Shown here piece after piece: positions 10,356 to 22,098 of a stretch of DNA of 64,000 nucleotides. The notes under the pieces were generated by a model. The model made no database searches and had not been told where the DNA came from. It saw nothing but the letters and a program-made list of their open reading frames with translations. The stretch's first letter is position 1. Every line of letters starts with the position of its first letter. The DNA lies in NCBI RefSeq assembly GCF_988242995.1, contig NZ_OZ547043.1, one strand, 5' to 3'. Made by a program: the position numbers and the translations under genes.

Positions 10356-11786
10356 TTACTCCTGCGAAACATCATCCCACGCGTCCCGAGAAAGCTGGCG
10401 ACCGATATCCGGATAACGCAACGGATCAAACACCGGGCGCACGCCGAGTTTACGCTGGCGTAGATAATCACTGGCAATGGTATGAACCACAGGCGAGAGC
10501 AGTAAAATGGCGGTCAAATTGGTAATAGCCATGCAGGCCATTATGATATCTGCCAGTTGCCACATCAGCGGAAGACTTAGCAAGGTGCCGCCGATGACCG
10601 TTGCGAAGGTGCAGATCCGCAAACACCAGATCGCTTTAGGGTTGTTCAGGCGTAAAAAGAAGAGATTGTTTTCGGCATAAATGTAGTTGGCAACGATGGA
10701 GCTGAAGGCAAACAGAATAACCACGAGGGTAACAAACTCAGCACCCCAGGAACCCATTAGCACCCGCATCGCCTTCTGGATAAGCTGAATACCTTCCAGC
10801 GGCATGTAGGTTGTGCCGTTACCCGCCAGTAATATCAGCATGGCGCTTGCCGTACAGATGACCAGGGTGTCGATAAAAATGCCAATCATCTGGACAATTC
10901 CTTGCGCTGCCGGATGCGGAGGCCAGGACGCCGCTGCCGCTGCCGCGTTTGGCGTCGAACCCATTCCCGCCTCATTGGAAAACATACTGCGCTGAAAACC
11001 GTTAGTAATCGCCTGGCTTAAGGTATATCCCGCCGCGCCGCCTGCCGCTTCCTGCCAGCCAAAAGCACTCTCAAAAATAGACCAAATGACGTGGGGAAGT
11101 TGCCCGATATTTATTACGCAAATCACCAGGCTGGTCAGTACCCAGATTATCGCCATCAACGGGACAAACCCCTGCATGAGCCGGGCGACGCCATGAAGAC
11201 CGCGAGTGATTGCCAGCAGAGCAAAGACAGCGAGAATAATGCCTGTCACCAGCGGGGGAAAATCAAAAGAAAAACTCAGGGCTCGGGCAACAGCGTTTGC
11301 CTGAACTCCGCTGAAAATTATGCCGTAGGCGATGAGCAAAAAGACGGCGAACAGAACGCCCATCCAGCGCATCCCCAGCCCGCGCGCCATATACCATGCC
11401 GGTCCGCCACGAAACTGCCCATTGACGTCACGTTCTTTATAAAGTTGTGCAAGGGAACATTCGGCAAACGAGGTCGCCATGCCGATAAACGCGGCAACCC
11501 ACATCCAAAAGACGGCTCCAGGTCCACCGGCGGTAATAGCCAGCGCAACGCCGGCCAGGTTGCCGCTACCCACGCGCGCCGCAAGACTGGTACACAATGA
11601 CTGAAATGAGGTTAAACCGCCTGGCTGTGGATGAATGCTATTTTTAAGACTTTTGCCAAACTGGCGGATGTAGCGAAACTGCACAAATCCGGTGCGAAAA
11701 GTGAACCAACAACCTGCGCCGAAGAGCAGGTAAATCATTACCGATCCCCAAAGGACGCTGTTAATAAAGGAGAAAAAATCTGGCAT
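10356..11786 (-). CDS. yaaJ: Alanine/glycine:cation symporter family transporter
   Basis: 476-aa polytopic membrane ORF; conserved position downstream of yaaA. Confidence 0.9.
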   Translation of the reverse strand: MPDFFSFINSVLWGSVMIYLLFGAGCWFTFRTGFVQFRYIRQFGKSLKNSIHPQPGGLTSFQSLCTSLAARVGSGNLAGVALAITAGGPGAVFWMWVAAFIGMATSFAECSLAQLYKERDVNGQFRGGPAWYMARGLGMRWMGVLFAVFLLIAYGIIFSGVQANAVARALSFSFDFPPLVTGIILAVFALLAITRGLHGVARLMQGFVPLMAIIWVLTSLVICVINIGQLPHVIWSIFESAFGWQEAAGGAAGYTLSQAITNGFQRSMFSNEAGMGSTPNAAAAAASWPPHPAAQGIVQMIGIFIDTLVICTASAMLILLAGNGTTYMPLEGIQLIQKAMRVLMGSWGAEFVTLVVILFAFSSIVANYIYAENNLFFLRLNNPKAIWCLRICTFATVIGGTLLSLPLMWQLADIIMACMAITNLTAILLLSPVVHTIASDYLRQRKLGVRPVFDPLRYPDIGRQLSRDAWDDVSQE

Positions 11787-12064
11787 GCATATCCCTCTTA
11801 TTGCCGGTCGCGATGACTTTCCTGTGTAAACGTTACCAATTGTTTAAGAAGTATATACGCTACGAGGTACTTGATAACTTCTGCGTAGCATACATGAGGT
11901 TTTGTTTAAAAATGGCGGGCGATATCAACGCAGTGTCAGAAATCCGAAACAGTCTCGCCTGGCGATAACCATCTTGTCGGCGGTTGCGCTGACGTTGCGT
12001 CGTGATATCATCAGGGCAGACCGGTTACATCCCCCTAACAAGCTGTTTAAAGAGAAATACTATC

Positions 12065-13018
12065 ATGACGGACAAATTGACCTCCCTTCGTCAGTACACC
12101 ACCGTAGTGGCCGACACTGGGGACATCGCGGCAATGAAGCTGTATCAACCGCAGGATGCCACAACCAACCCTTCTCTCATTCTTAACGCAGCGCAGATTC
12201 CGGAATATCGTAAGTTGATTGATGATGCTGTCGCCTGGGCGAAACAGCAGAGCAACGATCGCGCGCAGCAGATCGTGGACGCGACCGACAAACTGGCAGT
12301 AAATATTGGTCTGGAAATCCTGAAACTGGTTCCGGGCCGTATCTCAACTGAAGTTGATGCGCGTCTTTCCTATGACACCGAAGCGTCAATTGCGAAAGCA
12401 AAACGCCTGATCAAACTCTACAACGATGCAGGTATTAGCAACGATCGTATTCTGATCAAACTGGCTTCTACCTGGCAGGGTATCCGTGCTGCGGAACAGC
12501 TGGAAAAAGAAGGCATCAACTGTAACCTGACCCTGCTGTTCTCCTTCGCTCAGGCTCGTGCTTGTGCGGAAGCGGGCGTGTTTCTGATCTCTCCATTTGT
12601 TGGCCGTATTCTTGACTGGTACAAAGCGAATACCGATAAGAAAGAGTACGCTCCGGCAGAAGATCCGGGCGTGGTTTCTGTATCTGAAATCTACCAGTAC
12701 TACAAAGAGCACGGTTATGAAACCGTGGTTATGGGCGCAAGCTTCCGTAACATCGGCGAAATTCTGGAACTGGCAGGCTGCGACCGTCTGACCATCGCAC
12801 CGGCACTGCTGAAAGAGCTGGCTGAGAGCGAAGGGGCTATCGAACGTAAACTGTCTTACACCGGCGAAGTGAAAGCGCGTCCGGCGCGTATCACTGAGTC
12901 CGAGTTCCTGTGGCAGCACAACCAGGATCCAATGGCAGTAGATAAACTGGCGGAAGGTATCCGTAAGTTTGCTATTGACCAGGAAAAACTGGAAAAAATG
13001 ATCGGCGATCTGCTGTAA
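12065..13018 (+). CDS. talB: Transaldolase B
   Basis: ORF-track ORF 12002..13018; canonical start [40 protein letters not shown] at 12065 gives 317 aa. Confidence 0.95.
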
Positions 13019-13132
13019 TCATTCTTAGCGTGACCGGGAAGTCGGTCACGCTACCTCTTCTGAAGCCTGTCTGTCACTCCCTTCGCAGTGTATCATTCTG
13101 TTTAACGAGACTGTTTAAACGGAAAAATCTTG

Positions 13133-13720
13133 ATGAATACTTTACGTATTGGCTTAGTTTCCATCTCTGATCGCGCATCCAGCGGCGTTTATCAGGATAA
13201 AGGTATCCCTGCGCTGGAAGAATGGCTGACATCGGCGCTAACCACGCCGTTTGAACTGGAAACCCGCTTAATCCCCGATGAGCAGGCGATCATCGAGCAA
13301 ACGTTGTGTGAGCTGGTGGATGAAATGAGTTGCCATCTGGTGCTCACCACGGGCGGAACTGGCCCGGCGCGTCGTGACGTAACGCCCGATGCGACGCTGG
13401 CAGTAGCGGACCGCGAGATGCCTGGCTTTGGTGAACAGATGCGCCAGATCAGCCTGCATTTTGTACCAACTGCGATCCTTTCGCGTCAGGTGGGTGTGAT
13501 TCGCAAACAGGCGCTGATCCTTAACTTACCTGGTCAGCCGAAGTCTATTAAAGAGACGCTGGAAGGTGTGAAGGACGCTGAGGGTAACGTTGTGGTACAC
13601 GGTATTTTTGCCAGCGTACCGTACTGCATTCAGTTGCTGGAAGGGCCATACGTTGAAACGGCACCAGAAGTGGTTGCTGCATTCAGACCGAAGAGTGCAA
13701 GACGCGAAGTTAGCGAATAA
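13133..13720 (+). CDS. mog: Molybdopterin adenylyltransferase Mog
   Basis: MNTLRIGLVSISDRASSGVYQDKGIPALEEW...; 195 aa from the second Met of the ORF-track ORF. Confidence 0.9.
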   Translation: MNTLRIGLVSISDRASSGVYQDKGIPALEEWLTSALTTPFELETRLIPDEQAIIEQTLCELVDEMSCHLVLTTGGTGPARRDVTPDATLAVADREMPGFGEQMRQISLHFVPTAILSRQVGVIRKQALILNLPGQPKSIKETLEGVKDAEGNVVVHGIFASVPYCIQLLEGPYVETAPEVVAAFRPKSARREVSE

Positions 13721-13745
13721 AAAAATCCCCCCGAGCGGGGGGATC
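13718..13745 (-). terminator. Probable rho-independent terminator downstream of satP (also between mog and satP)
   Basis: CCCCCCGAGCGGGGGG hairpin preceded on the + strand by an A-run, which is a U-run for the minus-strand transcript. Confidence 0.5.
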
Positions 13746-13754
13746 TCAAAACAA

Positions 13755-14321
13755 TTAGTGGGATTCACCAATCGGCAGAACGGTGCGACCAAACTGCTCG
13801 TTCAGTACTTCACCCATCGCCAGATAGATTGCGCTGGCACCGCAGATCAGACCAATCCAGCCGGCAAAGTGGATGATTGCGGCGTTACCGGCAATGTTAC
13901 CGATCGCCAGCAGGGCAAACAGCACGGTCAGGCTAAAGAAAACGAATTGCAGGACGCGTGCGCCTTTCAGAGTGCCGAAGAACATAAACAGCGTAAATAC
14001 GCCCCACAGACCCAGGTAGACACCAAGGAACTGTGCATTTGGCGCATCGGTCAGACCCAGTTTCGGCATCAGCAGAATCGCAACCAGCGTCAGCCAGAAA
14101 GAACCGTAAGAGGTGAATGCGGTTAAACCGAAAGTGTTGCCTTTTTTGTACTCCAGCAGACCAGCAAAAATTTGCGCGATGCCGCCGTAGAAAATGCCCA
14201 TGGCAAGAATAATACCGTCCAGAGCGAAATAACCCACGTTGTGCAGGTTAAGCAGAATGGTGGTCATGCCGAAGCCCATCAGGCCCAGCGGTGCCGGATT
14301 AGCCAACTTAGTGTTGCCCAT
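13755..14321 (-). CDS. satP: Succinate-acetate/proton symporter SatP (YaaH; GPR1/FUN34/YaaH family)
   Basis: 188-aa hydrophobic ORF MGNTKLANPAPLGLMGFGMTTILLNLHNVGYF... Confidence 0.9.
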   Translation of the reverse strand: MGNTKLANPAPLGLMGFGMTTILLNLHNVGYFALDGIILAMGIFYGGIAQIFAGLLEYKKGNTFGLTAFTSYGSFWLTLVAILLMPKLGLTDAPNAQFLGVYLGLWGVFTLFMFFGTLKGARVLQFVFFSLTVLFALLAIGNIAGNAAIIHFAGWIGLICGASAIYLAMGEVLNEQFGRTVLPIGESH

Positions 14322-14469
14322 AATTCCTCAAAAATCATCATCGAATGAATGGTGAAATAATTTCCCTGAATAACTGTAGTGTTTTCAGGGCGCGGCATAA
14401 TAATCAGCCAGTGGGGCAGTGTCTACGATCTTTTGAGGGGAAAATGAAAATTTTCCCCGGTTTCCGGTA

Positions 14470-15183
14470 TCAGACCTGAGTGGCGCTAACTATCCGGCGC
14501 AGGCAGGCGATTTGCAGTACGGCTGGAATCGTCACGCGATAGGCGCTGCCGCTGACCGCTCTAACCCCATTTAATGCTGCGCCCACAGGGCCTCCCAGAC
14601 CCGCGCCGCGCAGCAAACCATGCCCAAGCACGCTCATTGCTGCGTGGGTGCGTAAAATTCGGGTCAATTGGCTGGAAAGCAAATGCGACACACCTTTTGC
14701 CAATAATTTGTCTTTCATCAGCAGCGGCAGCAGCTCTTCCAGCTCATTCACCCTGGCATCGACCGCGTGCAGAAACTCCTGCTTATGTTCCTCGTCCATT
14801 TTCTTCCAGGTATTACGCAGAAATTGTTCCAGTAACTGTTGCTCAATTTCAAACGTAGACATCTCTTTGTCGGCTTTCAGCTTCAATCGCTTTGAAACAT
14901 CGAGCAAAATGGCCCGATACAATTTACCGTGTCCGCGCAGTTTGTTGGCGATACTATCGCCACCAAAATGCTGTAATTCTCCGGCAATCAGCTGCCAGTT
15001 GCGGCGATGTTGCTCGGGATGTCCTTCCATCGATTTAAACAGTTCGTTGCGCATCAGTACGCTGGAGAGGCGAGTTTTGCCTTTTTCATTATGGGTGAGC
15101 AGTCGGGCGAAATTTGCTAACTGTTCCTCACTACAATGCTGGAGAAAATCCAGATCTGAATCATTCAGGTAATTAACATTCAT
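14470..15183 (-). CDS. yaaW: UPF0174 family protein YaaW
   Basis: 237-aa ORF MNVNYLNDSDLDFLQHCSEEQLANFARLL...; conserved position. Confidence 0.8.
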   Translation of the reverse strand: MNVNYLNDSDLDFLQHCSEEQLANFARLLTHNEKGKTRLSSVLMRNELFKSMEGHPEQHRRNWQLIAGELQHFGGDSIANKLRGHGKLYRAILLDVSKRLKLKADKEMSTFEIEQQLLEQFLRNTWKKMDEEHKQEFLHAVDARVNELEELLPLLMKDKLLAKGVSHLLSSQLTRILRTHAAMSVLGHGLLRGAGLGGPVGAALNGVRAVSGSAYRVTIPAVLQIACLRRIVSATQV

Positions 15184-15208
15184 TTTTTGTGGCTTCTATA
15201 TTCTGGCG

Positions 15209-15613
15209 TTAGTCGTCGCCGATAATTTTCAGCGTGGCCATATCCGATGAGTTCACCGTATGACCGGAAAAGGTGATTTTTGAGACGCAGCGTTTATTGT
15301 CGTTATCGCTGTTAATGTTGATCCAGTCAGTGGTTTGCCCTTCTTTTATTTCTGAAGGAATATTCAGGCTCTGACTGGCGCTACGGGCGGCTTTGAAATA
15401 AACCGATGCACCGCTTAACTGTAAATCGCCATGGTCGGCAGAGAGTTGTATGCGTTTCACAATGCGACAAACAGGAAGTTTCAGCGCCAGATCGTTGGTT
15501 TCGTTATGCGGCATTGCAATGATGCCGAGGAGTTTATGGTCGTTTGCCTGCGCCGTGCAGCACAGCATCAGGCTAATCGCCAGGCTGGCGGAAATCGTAA
15601 AAACGGATTTCAT
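15209..15613 (-). CDS. yaaI: Periplasmic DUF2541 protein YaaI
   Basis: 134-aa ORF with a signal peptide ([23 protein letters not shown]). Confidence 0.8.
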   Translation of the reverse strand: MKSVFTISASLAISLMLCCTAQANDHKLLGIIAMPHNETNDLALKLPVCRIVKRIQLSADHGDLQLSGASVYFKAARSASQSLNIPSEIKEGQTTDWININSDNDNKRCVSKITFSGHTVNSSDMATLKIIGDD

Positions 15614-15835
15614 AAGGATTCTCTTAGTGGGAAGAGGTAGGGGGATGAATACCCACTAGTTTACTGCTGATAAAGAGAAGATTCAGGCACGTAATCTTTT
15701 CTTTTTATTACAATTTTTTGATGAATACCTTGGCTGCGATTCATTCTTTATATGAATAAAATTGCTGTCAATTTTACGTCTTGTCCTGCCATATCGCGAA
15801 ATTTCTGCGCAAAAGCACAAAAAATTTTTGCATCT

Positions 15836-15945
15836 CCCCCTTGATGACGTGGGTTACGACCCCATTTAGTAGTCAACCGCAGTGAGTGAGTCTGCAAAAA
15901 AATGAAATTGGGCAGTTGAAACCAGACGTTTCGCCCCTATTACAG
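15836..15945 (+). promoter_or_regulatory. Tandem sigma-32 heat-shock promoters of dnaK (P1 and P2)
   Basis: P1: CCCCCTTGATGA (-35) then CCCCATTTA (-10) around 15836-15868. P2: TTGAAA at 15915-15920 then CCCCTATTA at 15934-15942. Both fit the sigma-32 consensus (CTTGAAA / CCCCATnT). Confidence 0.65.
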
Positions 15946-15989
15946 ACTCACAACCACATGATGACCGAATATATAGTGGAGACGTTTAG

Positions 15990-17906
15990 ATGGGTAAAAT
16001 AATTGGTATCGACCTGGGTACTACCAACTCTTGTGTAGCGATTATGGATGGCACCACTCCTCGTGTGCTGGAGAATGCCGAAGGCGATCGCACCACGCCT
16101 TCTATTATTGCCTATACCCAGGATGGTGAAACTCTGGTTGGTCAGCCGGCTAAACGTCAGGCAGTGACGAACCCGCAAAACACCCTGTTTGCGATTAAAC
16201 GCCTGATTGGCCGCCGCTTCCAGGACGAAGAAGTACAGCGTGATGTTTCCATCATGCCGTTCAAAATTATTGCTGCTGATAACGGCGACGCATGGGTCGA
16301 AGTTAAAGGCCAGAAAATGGCACCGCCGCAGATTTCTGCTGAAGTGCTGAAAAAAATGAAGAAAACCGCTGAAGATTACCTGGGTGAACCGGTAACTGAA
16401 GCTGTTATCACCGTACCGGCATACTTTAACGATGCTCAGCGTCAGGCAACCAAAGACGCAGGCCGTATCGCTGGTCTCGAAGTAAAACGTATCATCAACG
16501 AACCGACCGCAGCTGCGCTGGCTTACGGTCTGGACAAAGGTACTGGCAACCGTACTATCGCGGTTTATGACCTGGGTGGTGGTACTTTCGATATTTCTAT
16601 TATTGAAATCGACGAAGTTGACGGCGAAAAAACCTTCGAAGTTCTGGCAACCAACGGTGATACCCACCTGGGTGGTGAAGACTTCGACAGCCGTCTGATC
16701 AACTATCTGGTTGAAGAATTCAAGAAAGATCAGGGCATTGACCTGCGCAACGATCCGCTGGCAATGCAGCGCCTGAAAGAAGCGGCAGAAAAAGCGAAAA
16801 TCGAACTGTCTTCCGCTCAGCAGACCGACGTTAACCTGCCGTACATCACTGCAGACGCGACCGGTCCGAAACACATGAACATCAAAGTGACTCGTGCGAA
16901 ACTGGAAAGCCTGGTTGAAGATCTGGTAAACCGTTCCATTGAGCCGCTGAAAGTTGCACTGCAGGACGCTGGCCTGTCTGTATCTGATATCGACGACGTT
17001 ATCCTCGTTGGTGGTCAGACTCGTATGCCAATGGTTCAGAAGAAAGTTGCTGAGTTCTTTGGTAAAGAGCCGCGTAAAGACGTTAACCCGGACGAAGCTG
17101 TAGCAATCGGTGCTGCTGTTCAGGGTGGTGTTCTGACTGGTGACGTAAAAGACGTACTGCTGCTGGACGTTACCCCGCTGTCTCTGGGTATCGAAACCAT
17201 GGGCGGTGTGATGACGACGCTGATCGCGAAAAACACCACTATCCCGACCAAGCACAGCCAGGTGTTCTCTACCGCTGAAGACAACCAGTCTGCGGTAACC
17301 ATCCATGTGTTGCAGGGTGAACGTAAACGTGCGGCTGATAACAAATCTCTGGGTCAGTTCAACCTGGATGGTATCAACCCGGCACCGCGCGGCATGCCGC
17401 AGATCGAAGTTACCTTCGATATCGATGCTGACGGTATCCTGCACGTTTCCGCGAAAGATAAAAACAGCGGTAAAGAGCAGAAGATCACCATCAAGGCGTC
17501 TTCTGGTCTGAACGAAGATGAAATCCAGAAAATGGTACGCGACGCAGAAGCTAACGCCGAAGCTGACCGTAAGTTTGAAGAGCTGGTACAGACTCGCAAC
17601 CAGGGCGACCATCTGCTGCACAGCACCCGTAAGCAGGTTGAAGAAGCAGGCGACAAACTGCCGGCTGACGACAAAACTGCTATCGAGTCTGCGCTGACTG
17701 CACTGGAAACTGCTCTGAAAGGTGAAGACAAAGCCGCTATCGAAGCGAAAATGCAGGAACTGGCACAGGTTTCCCAGAAACTGATGGAAATCGCCCAGCA
17801 GCAACATGCCCAGCAGCAGACTGCCGGTGCTGATGCTTCTGCAAACAACGCGAAAGATGACGATGTTGTCGACGCTGAATTTGAAGAAGTCAAAGACAAA
17901 AAATAA
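15990..17906 (+). CDS. dnaK: Chaperone DnaK (Hsp70)
   Basis: 638-aa [45 protein letters not shown]...; unmistakable Hsp70. Confidence 0.97.
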
Positions 17907-17994
17907 TCGCCCTATAAACGGGTAATTATACTGACACGGGCGAAGGGGAATTTCCTCTCCGCCCGTGCATTCATCTAGGGGCAATTTAAAAAAG

Positions 17995-19125
17995 ATGGCT
18001 AAGCAAGATTATTACGAGATTTTAGGCGTTTCCAAAACAGCGGAAGAGCGTGAAATCAAAAAGGCCTACAAACGCCTGGCCATGAAATACCACCCGGACC
18101 GTAACCAGGGTGACAAAGAGGCCGAGGCGAAATTTAAAGAGATCAAGGAAGCTTATGAAGTTCTGACCGACTCGCAAAAACGTGCGGCATACGATCAGTA
18201 TGGTCATGCTGCGTTTGAGCAAGGTGGCATGGGCGGCGGCGGTTTTGGCGGCGGCGCAGACTTCAGCGATATTTTTGGTGACGTTTTCGGCGATATTTTT
18301 GGCGGCGGACGTGGTCGTCAACGTGCGGCGCGCGGTGCTGATTTACGCTATAACATGGAGCTCACCCTCGAAGAAGCTGTACGTGGCGTGACCAAAGAGA
18401 TCCGCATTCCGACTCTGGAAGAGTGTGACGTTTGCCACGGTAGCGGTGCAAAACCAGGTACACAGCCGCAGACCTGTCCGACCTGTCATGGCTCTGGTCA
18501 GGTGCAGATGCGCCAGGGTTTCTTTGCCGTGCAACAGACCTGTCCACACTGCCAGGGCCGCGGTACGCTGATCAAAGATCCGTGCAACAAATGTCATGGT
18601 CATGGTCGTGTTGAGCGCAGCAAAACGCTGTCCGTTAAAATCCCGGCAGGGGTGGACACTGGAGACCGCATCCGTCTTGCGGGCGAAGGTGAAGCGGGTG
18701 AACACGGCGCACCGGCAGGCGATCTGTACGTTCAGGTTCAGGTTAAACAGCACCCGATTTTCGAGCGTGAAGGCAACAACCTGTATTGCGAAGTCCCGAT
18801 CAACTTCGCTATGGCGGCGCTGGGTGGTGAAATCGAAGTACCGACCCTTGATGGTCGCGTTAAACTGAAAGTGCCTGGCGAAACCCAGACCGGTAAGCTG
18901 TTCCGTATGCGCGGTAAAGGCGTCAAGTCTGTCCGCGGTGGCGCACAGGGTGATTTGCTGTGCCGCGTTGTCGTCGAAACACCGGTAGGCCTGAACGAGA
19001 AGCAGAAACAGCTGCTGCAAGAGCTGCAAGAAAGCTTCGGTGGCCCAACCGGCGAGCACAACAGCCCGCGCTCAAAGAGCTTCTTTGATGGTGTGAAGAA
19101 GTTTTTTGACGACCTGACCCGCTAA
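17995..19125 (+). CDS. dnaJ: Co-chaperone DnaJ (Hsp40)
   Basis: [40 protein letters not shown], Gly/Phe-rich region and four CxxCxGxG zinc-finger repeats; 376 aa from the internal Met of the ORF-track ORF. Confidence 0.95.
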
Positions 19126-19228
19126 CCTCCCCAAAAGCCTGCCCGTGGGCAGGCCTGGGTAAAAATAGGGTGCGTTGAAGATATGCGAGCACCTGTAAAG
19201 TGGCGGGGATCACTCCCCGCCGTTGCTC

Positions 19229-19381
19229 TTACTCGGATTCGTAAGCCGTGAAAACAGCAACCTCCGTCTGGCCAGTTCGGATGTGAACCTCACAGAGGTC
19301 TTTTCTCGTTACCAGCGCCGCCACTACGGCGGTGATACAGATGACGATCAGGGCGACAATCATCGCCTTATGCTGCTTCAT
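19229..19381 (-). CDS. hokC: Hok-family small membrane toxin HokC (Gef), type I toxin
   Basis: 50-aa frame MKQHKAMIVALIVICITAVVAALVTRKDLCEVHIRTGQTEVAVFTAYESE nested in the 3' part of the 80-aa ORF-track ORF. Confidence 0.85.
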   Translation of the reverse strand: MKQHKAMIVALIVICITAVVAALVTRKDLCEVHIRTGQTEVAVFTAYESE

Positions 19382-19438
19382 TGCTCTCTTCTCCTTGACC
19401 TTACGGTCAGTAAGAGGCACTCTACATGTGTTCAGCAT
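19229..19438 (-). CDS. mokC: MokC, overlapping reading frame that couples hokC translation
   Basis: Same frame as hokC, extended upstream to MLNTCRVPLTDRKVKEKRA...; typical hok/mok architecture. Confidence 0.7.
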   Translation of the reverse strand: MLNTCRVPLTDRKVKEKRAMKQHKAMIVALIVICITAVVAALVTRKDLCEVHIRTGQTEVAVFTAYESE

Positions 19439-19484
19439 ATAGGGGGCCTCGGGTTGATGGTAAAATATCACTCGGGGCTTTTCT
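19430..19484 (+). ncRNA. sokC: SokC antisense RNA (type I antitoxin), approximate ends
   Basis: Opposite the mokC start; TTGACC -35-like hexamer at 19396-19401 on the + strand; CCTCGGG...CTCGGGG hairpin followed by CTTTTCTC at ~19446-19484 fits a terminator. Ends inferred from the known hok/sok layout. Confidence 0.55.
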
Positions 19485-19966
19485 CTATCTGCCGTTCAGC
19501 TAATGCCTGAGACAGACAGCCTCAAGCACCCGCCGCTATTATATCGCTCTCTTTAACCCATTCTGTTTTATCGATTCTAATCCGGAAGACGCCTCGCATT
19601 TTTATGGTGTAATTTTTTAATGATTTAATTATTTAACTTTAATTTATCTCTTCATCGCAATTATTGACGACAAGCTGGATTATTTTTGAAATATTGGCCT
19701 AACAAACATCGCCGACTGACAACAAATTAATTATTACTTTTCCTAATTAATCCCTCAGAAATCCTCACCTTAAGCTATGATTATCAGGGCTTAGGGTCAC
19801 CCGTCAGCGCTTACAGCCGTCAAAAACGCATCTCACCGCTGATGGCGCAAATTCTTCTATAGATCGTAAAAAACGAATTATTCCTACACTATAATCTGAT
19901 TTTAACGATGATTCGTGCGGGGTAAAATAGTAAAAACGATCTATTCACCTGAAAGAGAAATAAAAA

Positions 19967-21133
19967 GTGAAACATCTGCATCGATTCTTTAGCAGTGATG
20001 CCTCGGGAGGCATTATTCTTATCATTGCCGCTATCCTGGCGATGATGATGGCCAACAGCGGCGCAACCAGTGGATGGTATCACGACTTTCTGGAGACGCC
20101 GGTTCAGCTCCGGGTTGGTTCACTCGAAATCAACAAAAACATGCTGTTATGGATAAATGACGCGCTGATGGCGGTATTTTTCCTGTTAGTCGGTCTGGAA
20201 GTTAAACGTGAACTGATGCAAGGATCGCTAGCCAGCTTACGCCAGGCCGCATTTCCAGTTATCGCCGCTATTGGTGGGATGATTGTGCCGGCATTACTCT
20301 ATCTGGCCTTTAACTATGCCGATCCGATTACCCGCGAAGGGTGGGCGATCCCGGCGGCTACTGACATTGCCTTTGCACTTGGTGTGCTGGCGCTATTGGG
20401 AAGTCGTGTTCCGTTAGCGCTGAAGATCTTTTTGATGGCTCTGGCTATTATCGACGATCTTGGGGCCATCATTATCATCGCATTGTTCTACACTAATGAC
20501 TTATCGATGGCCTCTCTTGGCGTCGCGGCTGTAGCAATTGCGGTACTCGCGGTATTGAATCTGTGTGGTGTACGCCGCACGGGCGTCTATATTCTGGTTG
20601 GCGTAGTGTTGTGGACTGCAGTGTTGAAATCGGGGGTTCACGCAACCCTGGCGGGGGTAATTGTCGGCTTCTTTATTCCTTTGAAAGAGAAGCATGGGCG
20701 TTCTCCAGCGAAGCGACTGGAGCATGTGTTGCACCCGTGGGTGGCGTATCTGATTTTACCACTGTTTGCATTTGCTAATGCTGGCGTTTCACTGCAAGGC
20801 GTCACGCTGGATGGCTTGACCTCCATTCTGCCATTGGGGATCATCGCTGGCTTGCTGATTGGCAAACCGCTGGGGATTAGTCTGTTCTGCTGGTTGGCGC
20901 TGCGTTTGAAACTGGCGCATCTGCCTGAGGGAACGACTTATCAGCAAATTATGGCTGTGGGGATCCTGTGCGGTATCGGTTTTACTATGTCTATCTTTAT
21001 TGCCAGCCTGGCCTTTGGTAGCGTAGATCCAGAGCTGATTAACTGGGCGAAACTCGGTATCCTGGTCGGTTCTATCTCTTCGGCGGTAATTGGATACAGC
21101 TGGTTACGCGTTCGTTTGCGTCCATCAGTTTGA
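19967..21133 (+). CDS. nhaA: Na+/H+ antiporter NhaA
   Basis: 388-aa polytopic [51 protein letters not shown]... Confidence 0.95.
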   Translation: MKHLHRFFSSDASGGIILIIAAILAMMMANSGATSGWYHDFLETPVQLRVGSLEINKNMLLWINDALMAVFFLLVGLEVKRELMQGSLASLRQAAFPVIAAIGGMIVPALLYLAFNYADPITREGWAIPAATDIAFALGVLALLGSRVPLALKIFLMALAIIDDLGAIIIIALFYTNDLSMASLGVAAVAIAVLAVLNLCGVRRTGVYILVGVVLWTAVLKSGVHATLAGVIVGFFIPLKEKHGRSPAKRLEHVLHPWVAYLILPLFAFANAGVSLQGVTLDGLTSILPLGIIAGLLIGKPLGISLFCWLALRLKLAHLPEGTTYQQIMAVGILCGIGFTMSIFIASLAFGSVDPELINWAKLGILVGSISSAVIGYSWLRVRLRPSV

Positions 21134-21192
21134 CAGGACGGTTTACCGGGGAGCCATAAACGGCTCCCTTTTCATTGTTATCAGGGAGAGAA

Positions 21193-22098
21193 ATGAGCAT
21201 GTCTCATATCAATTACAACCACTTGTATTACTTCTGGCATGTTTATAAAGAAGGTTCTGTGGTTGGCGCAGCGGAGGCGCTTTATTTAACACCACAAACC
21301 ATTACCGGACAGATTCGGGCGCTGGAAGAGCGCCTGCAAGGCAAATTATTTAAGCGCAAGGGACGTGGTCTCGAGCCCAGCGAGCTGGGGGAGCTGGTCT
21401 ATCGCTATGCCGATAAAATGTTCACCTTGAGCCAGGAAATGCTGGATATCGTGAACTATCGCAAAGAATCCAATTTATTGTTTGACGTTGGCGTGGCTGA
21501 TGCACTTTCCAAACGTCTGGTCAGTAGCGTGCTGAATGCTGCAGTAGTAGAAGGCGAGCCGATTCATCTTCGCTGCTTCGAATCCACCCACGAAATGCTG
21601 CTGGAGCAATTAAGCCAGCATAAACTGGATATGATCATTTCCGACTGTCCGATAGATTCTACGCAGCAGGAAGGCCTGTTCTCCGTGAGAATTGGCGAAT
21701 GTGGCGTGAGTTTCTGGTGTACAAATCCACCGCCGGAAAAACCGTTCCCAGCTTGTCTTGAAGAACGGCGGCTTTTGATTCCTGGGCGACGTTCAATGTT
21801 AGGGCGCAAATTACTTAACTGGTTTAACTCCCAGGGATTAAACGTAGAAATCCTTGGCGAGTTTGATGATGCCGCTTTGATGAAAGCTTTTGGTGCGATG
21901 CACAATGCAATCTTCGTTGCCCCAACGCTTTATGCATATGACTTTTATGCCGATAAAACTGTCGTAGAAATTGGTCGCGTCGAGAATGTGATGGAAGAGT
22001 ACCATGCTATTTTTGCTGAGCGGATGATTCAGCACCCGGCGGTACAGCGAATCTGCAATACGGATTATTCTGCGCTTTTTAGTCCAGCGGTGCGTTAA
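21193..22098 (+). CDS. nhaR: LysR-family transcriptional activator NhaR
   Basis: [48 protein letters not shown]...; 301 aa from the third Met of the ORF-track ORF. Confidence 0.9.
   Translation: MSMSHINYNHLYYFWHVYKEGSVVGAAEALYLTPQTITGQIRALEERLQGKLFKRKGRGLEPSELGELVYRYADKMFTLSQEMLDIVNYRKESNLLFDVGVADALSKRLVSSVLNAAVVEGEPIHLRCFESTHEMLLEQLSQHKLDMIISDCPIDSTQQEGLFSVRIGECGVSFWCTNPPPEKPFPACLEERRLLIPGRRSMLGRKLLNWFNSQGLNVEILGEFDDAALMKAFGAMHNAIFVAPTLYAYDFYADKTVVEIGRVENVMEEYHAIFAERMIQHPAVQRICNTDYSALFSPAVR

Noticed and set aside
11091-11600. 169-aa + strand ORF inside yaaJ
   Set aside because: It is antisense to the yaaJ transporter gene and has a basic, low-complexity composition typical of shadow ORFs.
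14648-15172. 174-aa + strand ORF inside yaaW (position of the K-12 mbiA annotation)
   Set aside because: It lies wholly antisense to yaaW and its translation is Ser/Cys-rich low complexity. There is no sequence-level evidence of an independent gene, so it is not reported as a feature.
15948-17984. 678-aa open reading frame on the minus strand covering all of dnaK
   Set aside because: It is antisense to a highly expressed, strongly codon-biased gene. Avoidance of the sense codons TTA, CTA and TCA removes stops from the complementary frame. The translation is low-complexity with no recognisable domain. Similar long antisense ORFs opposite ileS (30636-31847, 403 aa), carB (38863-40197, 444 aa), caiT and others are treated the same way.
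17907-17994. Hairpin CACGGGCGAAGGGGAATTTCCTCTCCGCCCGTG between dnaK and dnaJ as a terminator
   Set aside because: It is not followed by a U-run, and dnaK-dnaJ are co-transcribed. It is more likely an mRNA processing or stability element, so it is not called as a terminator.
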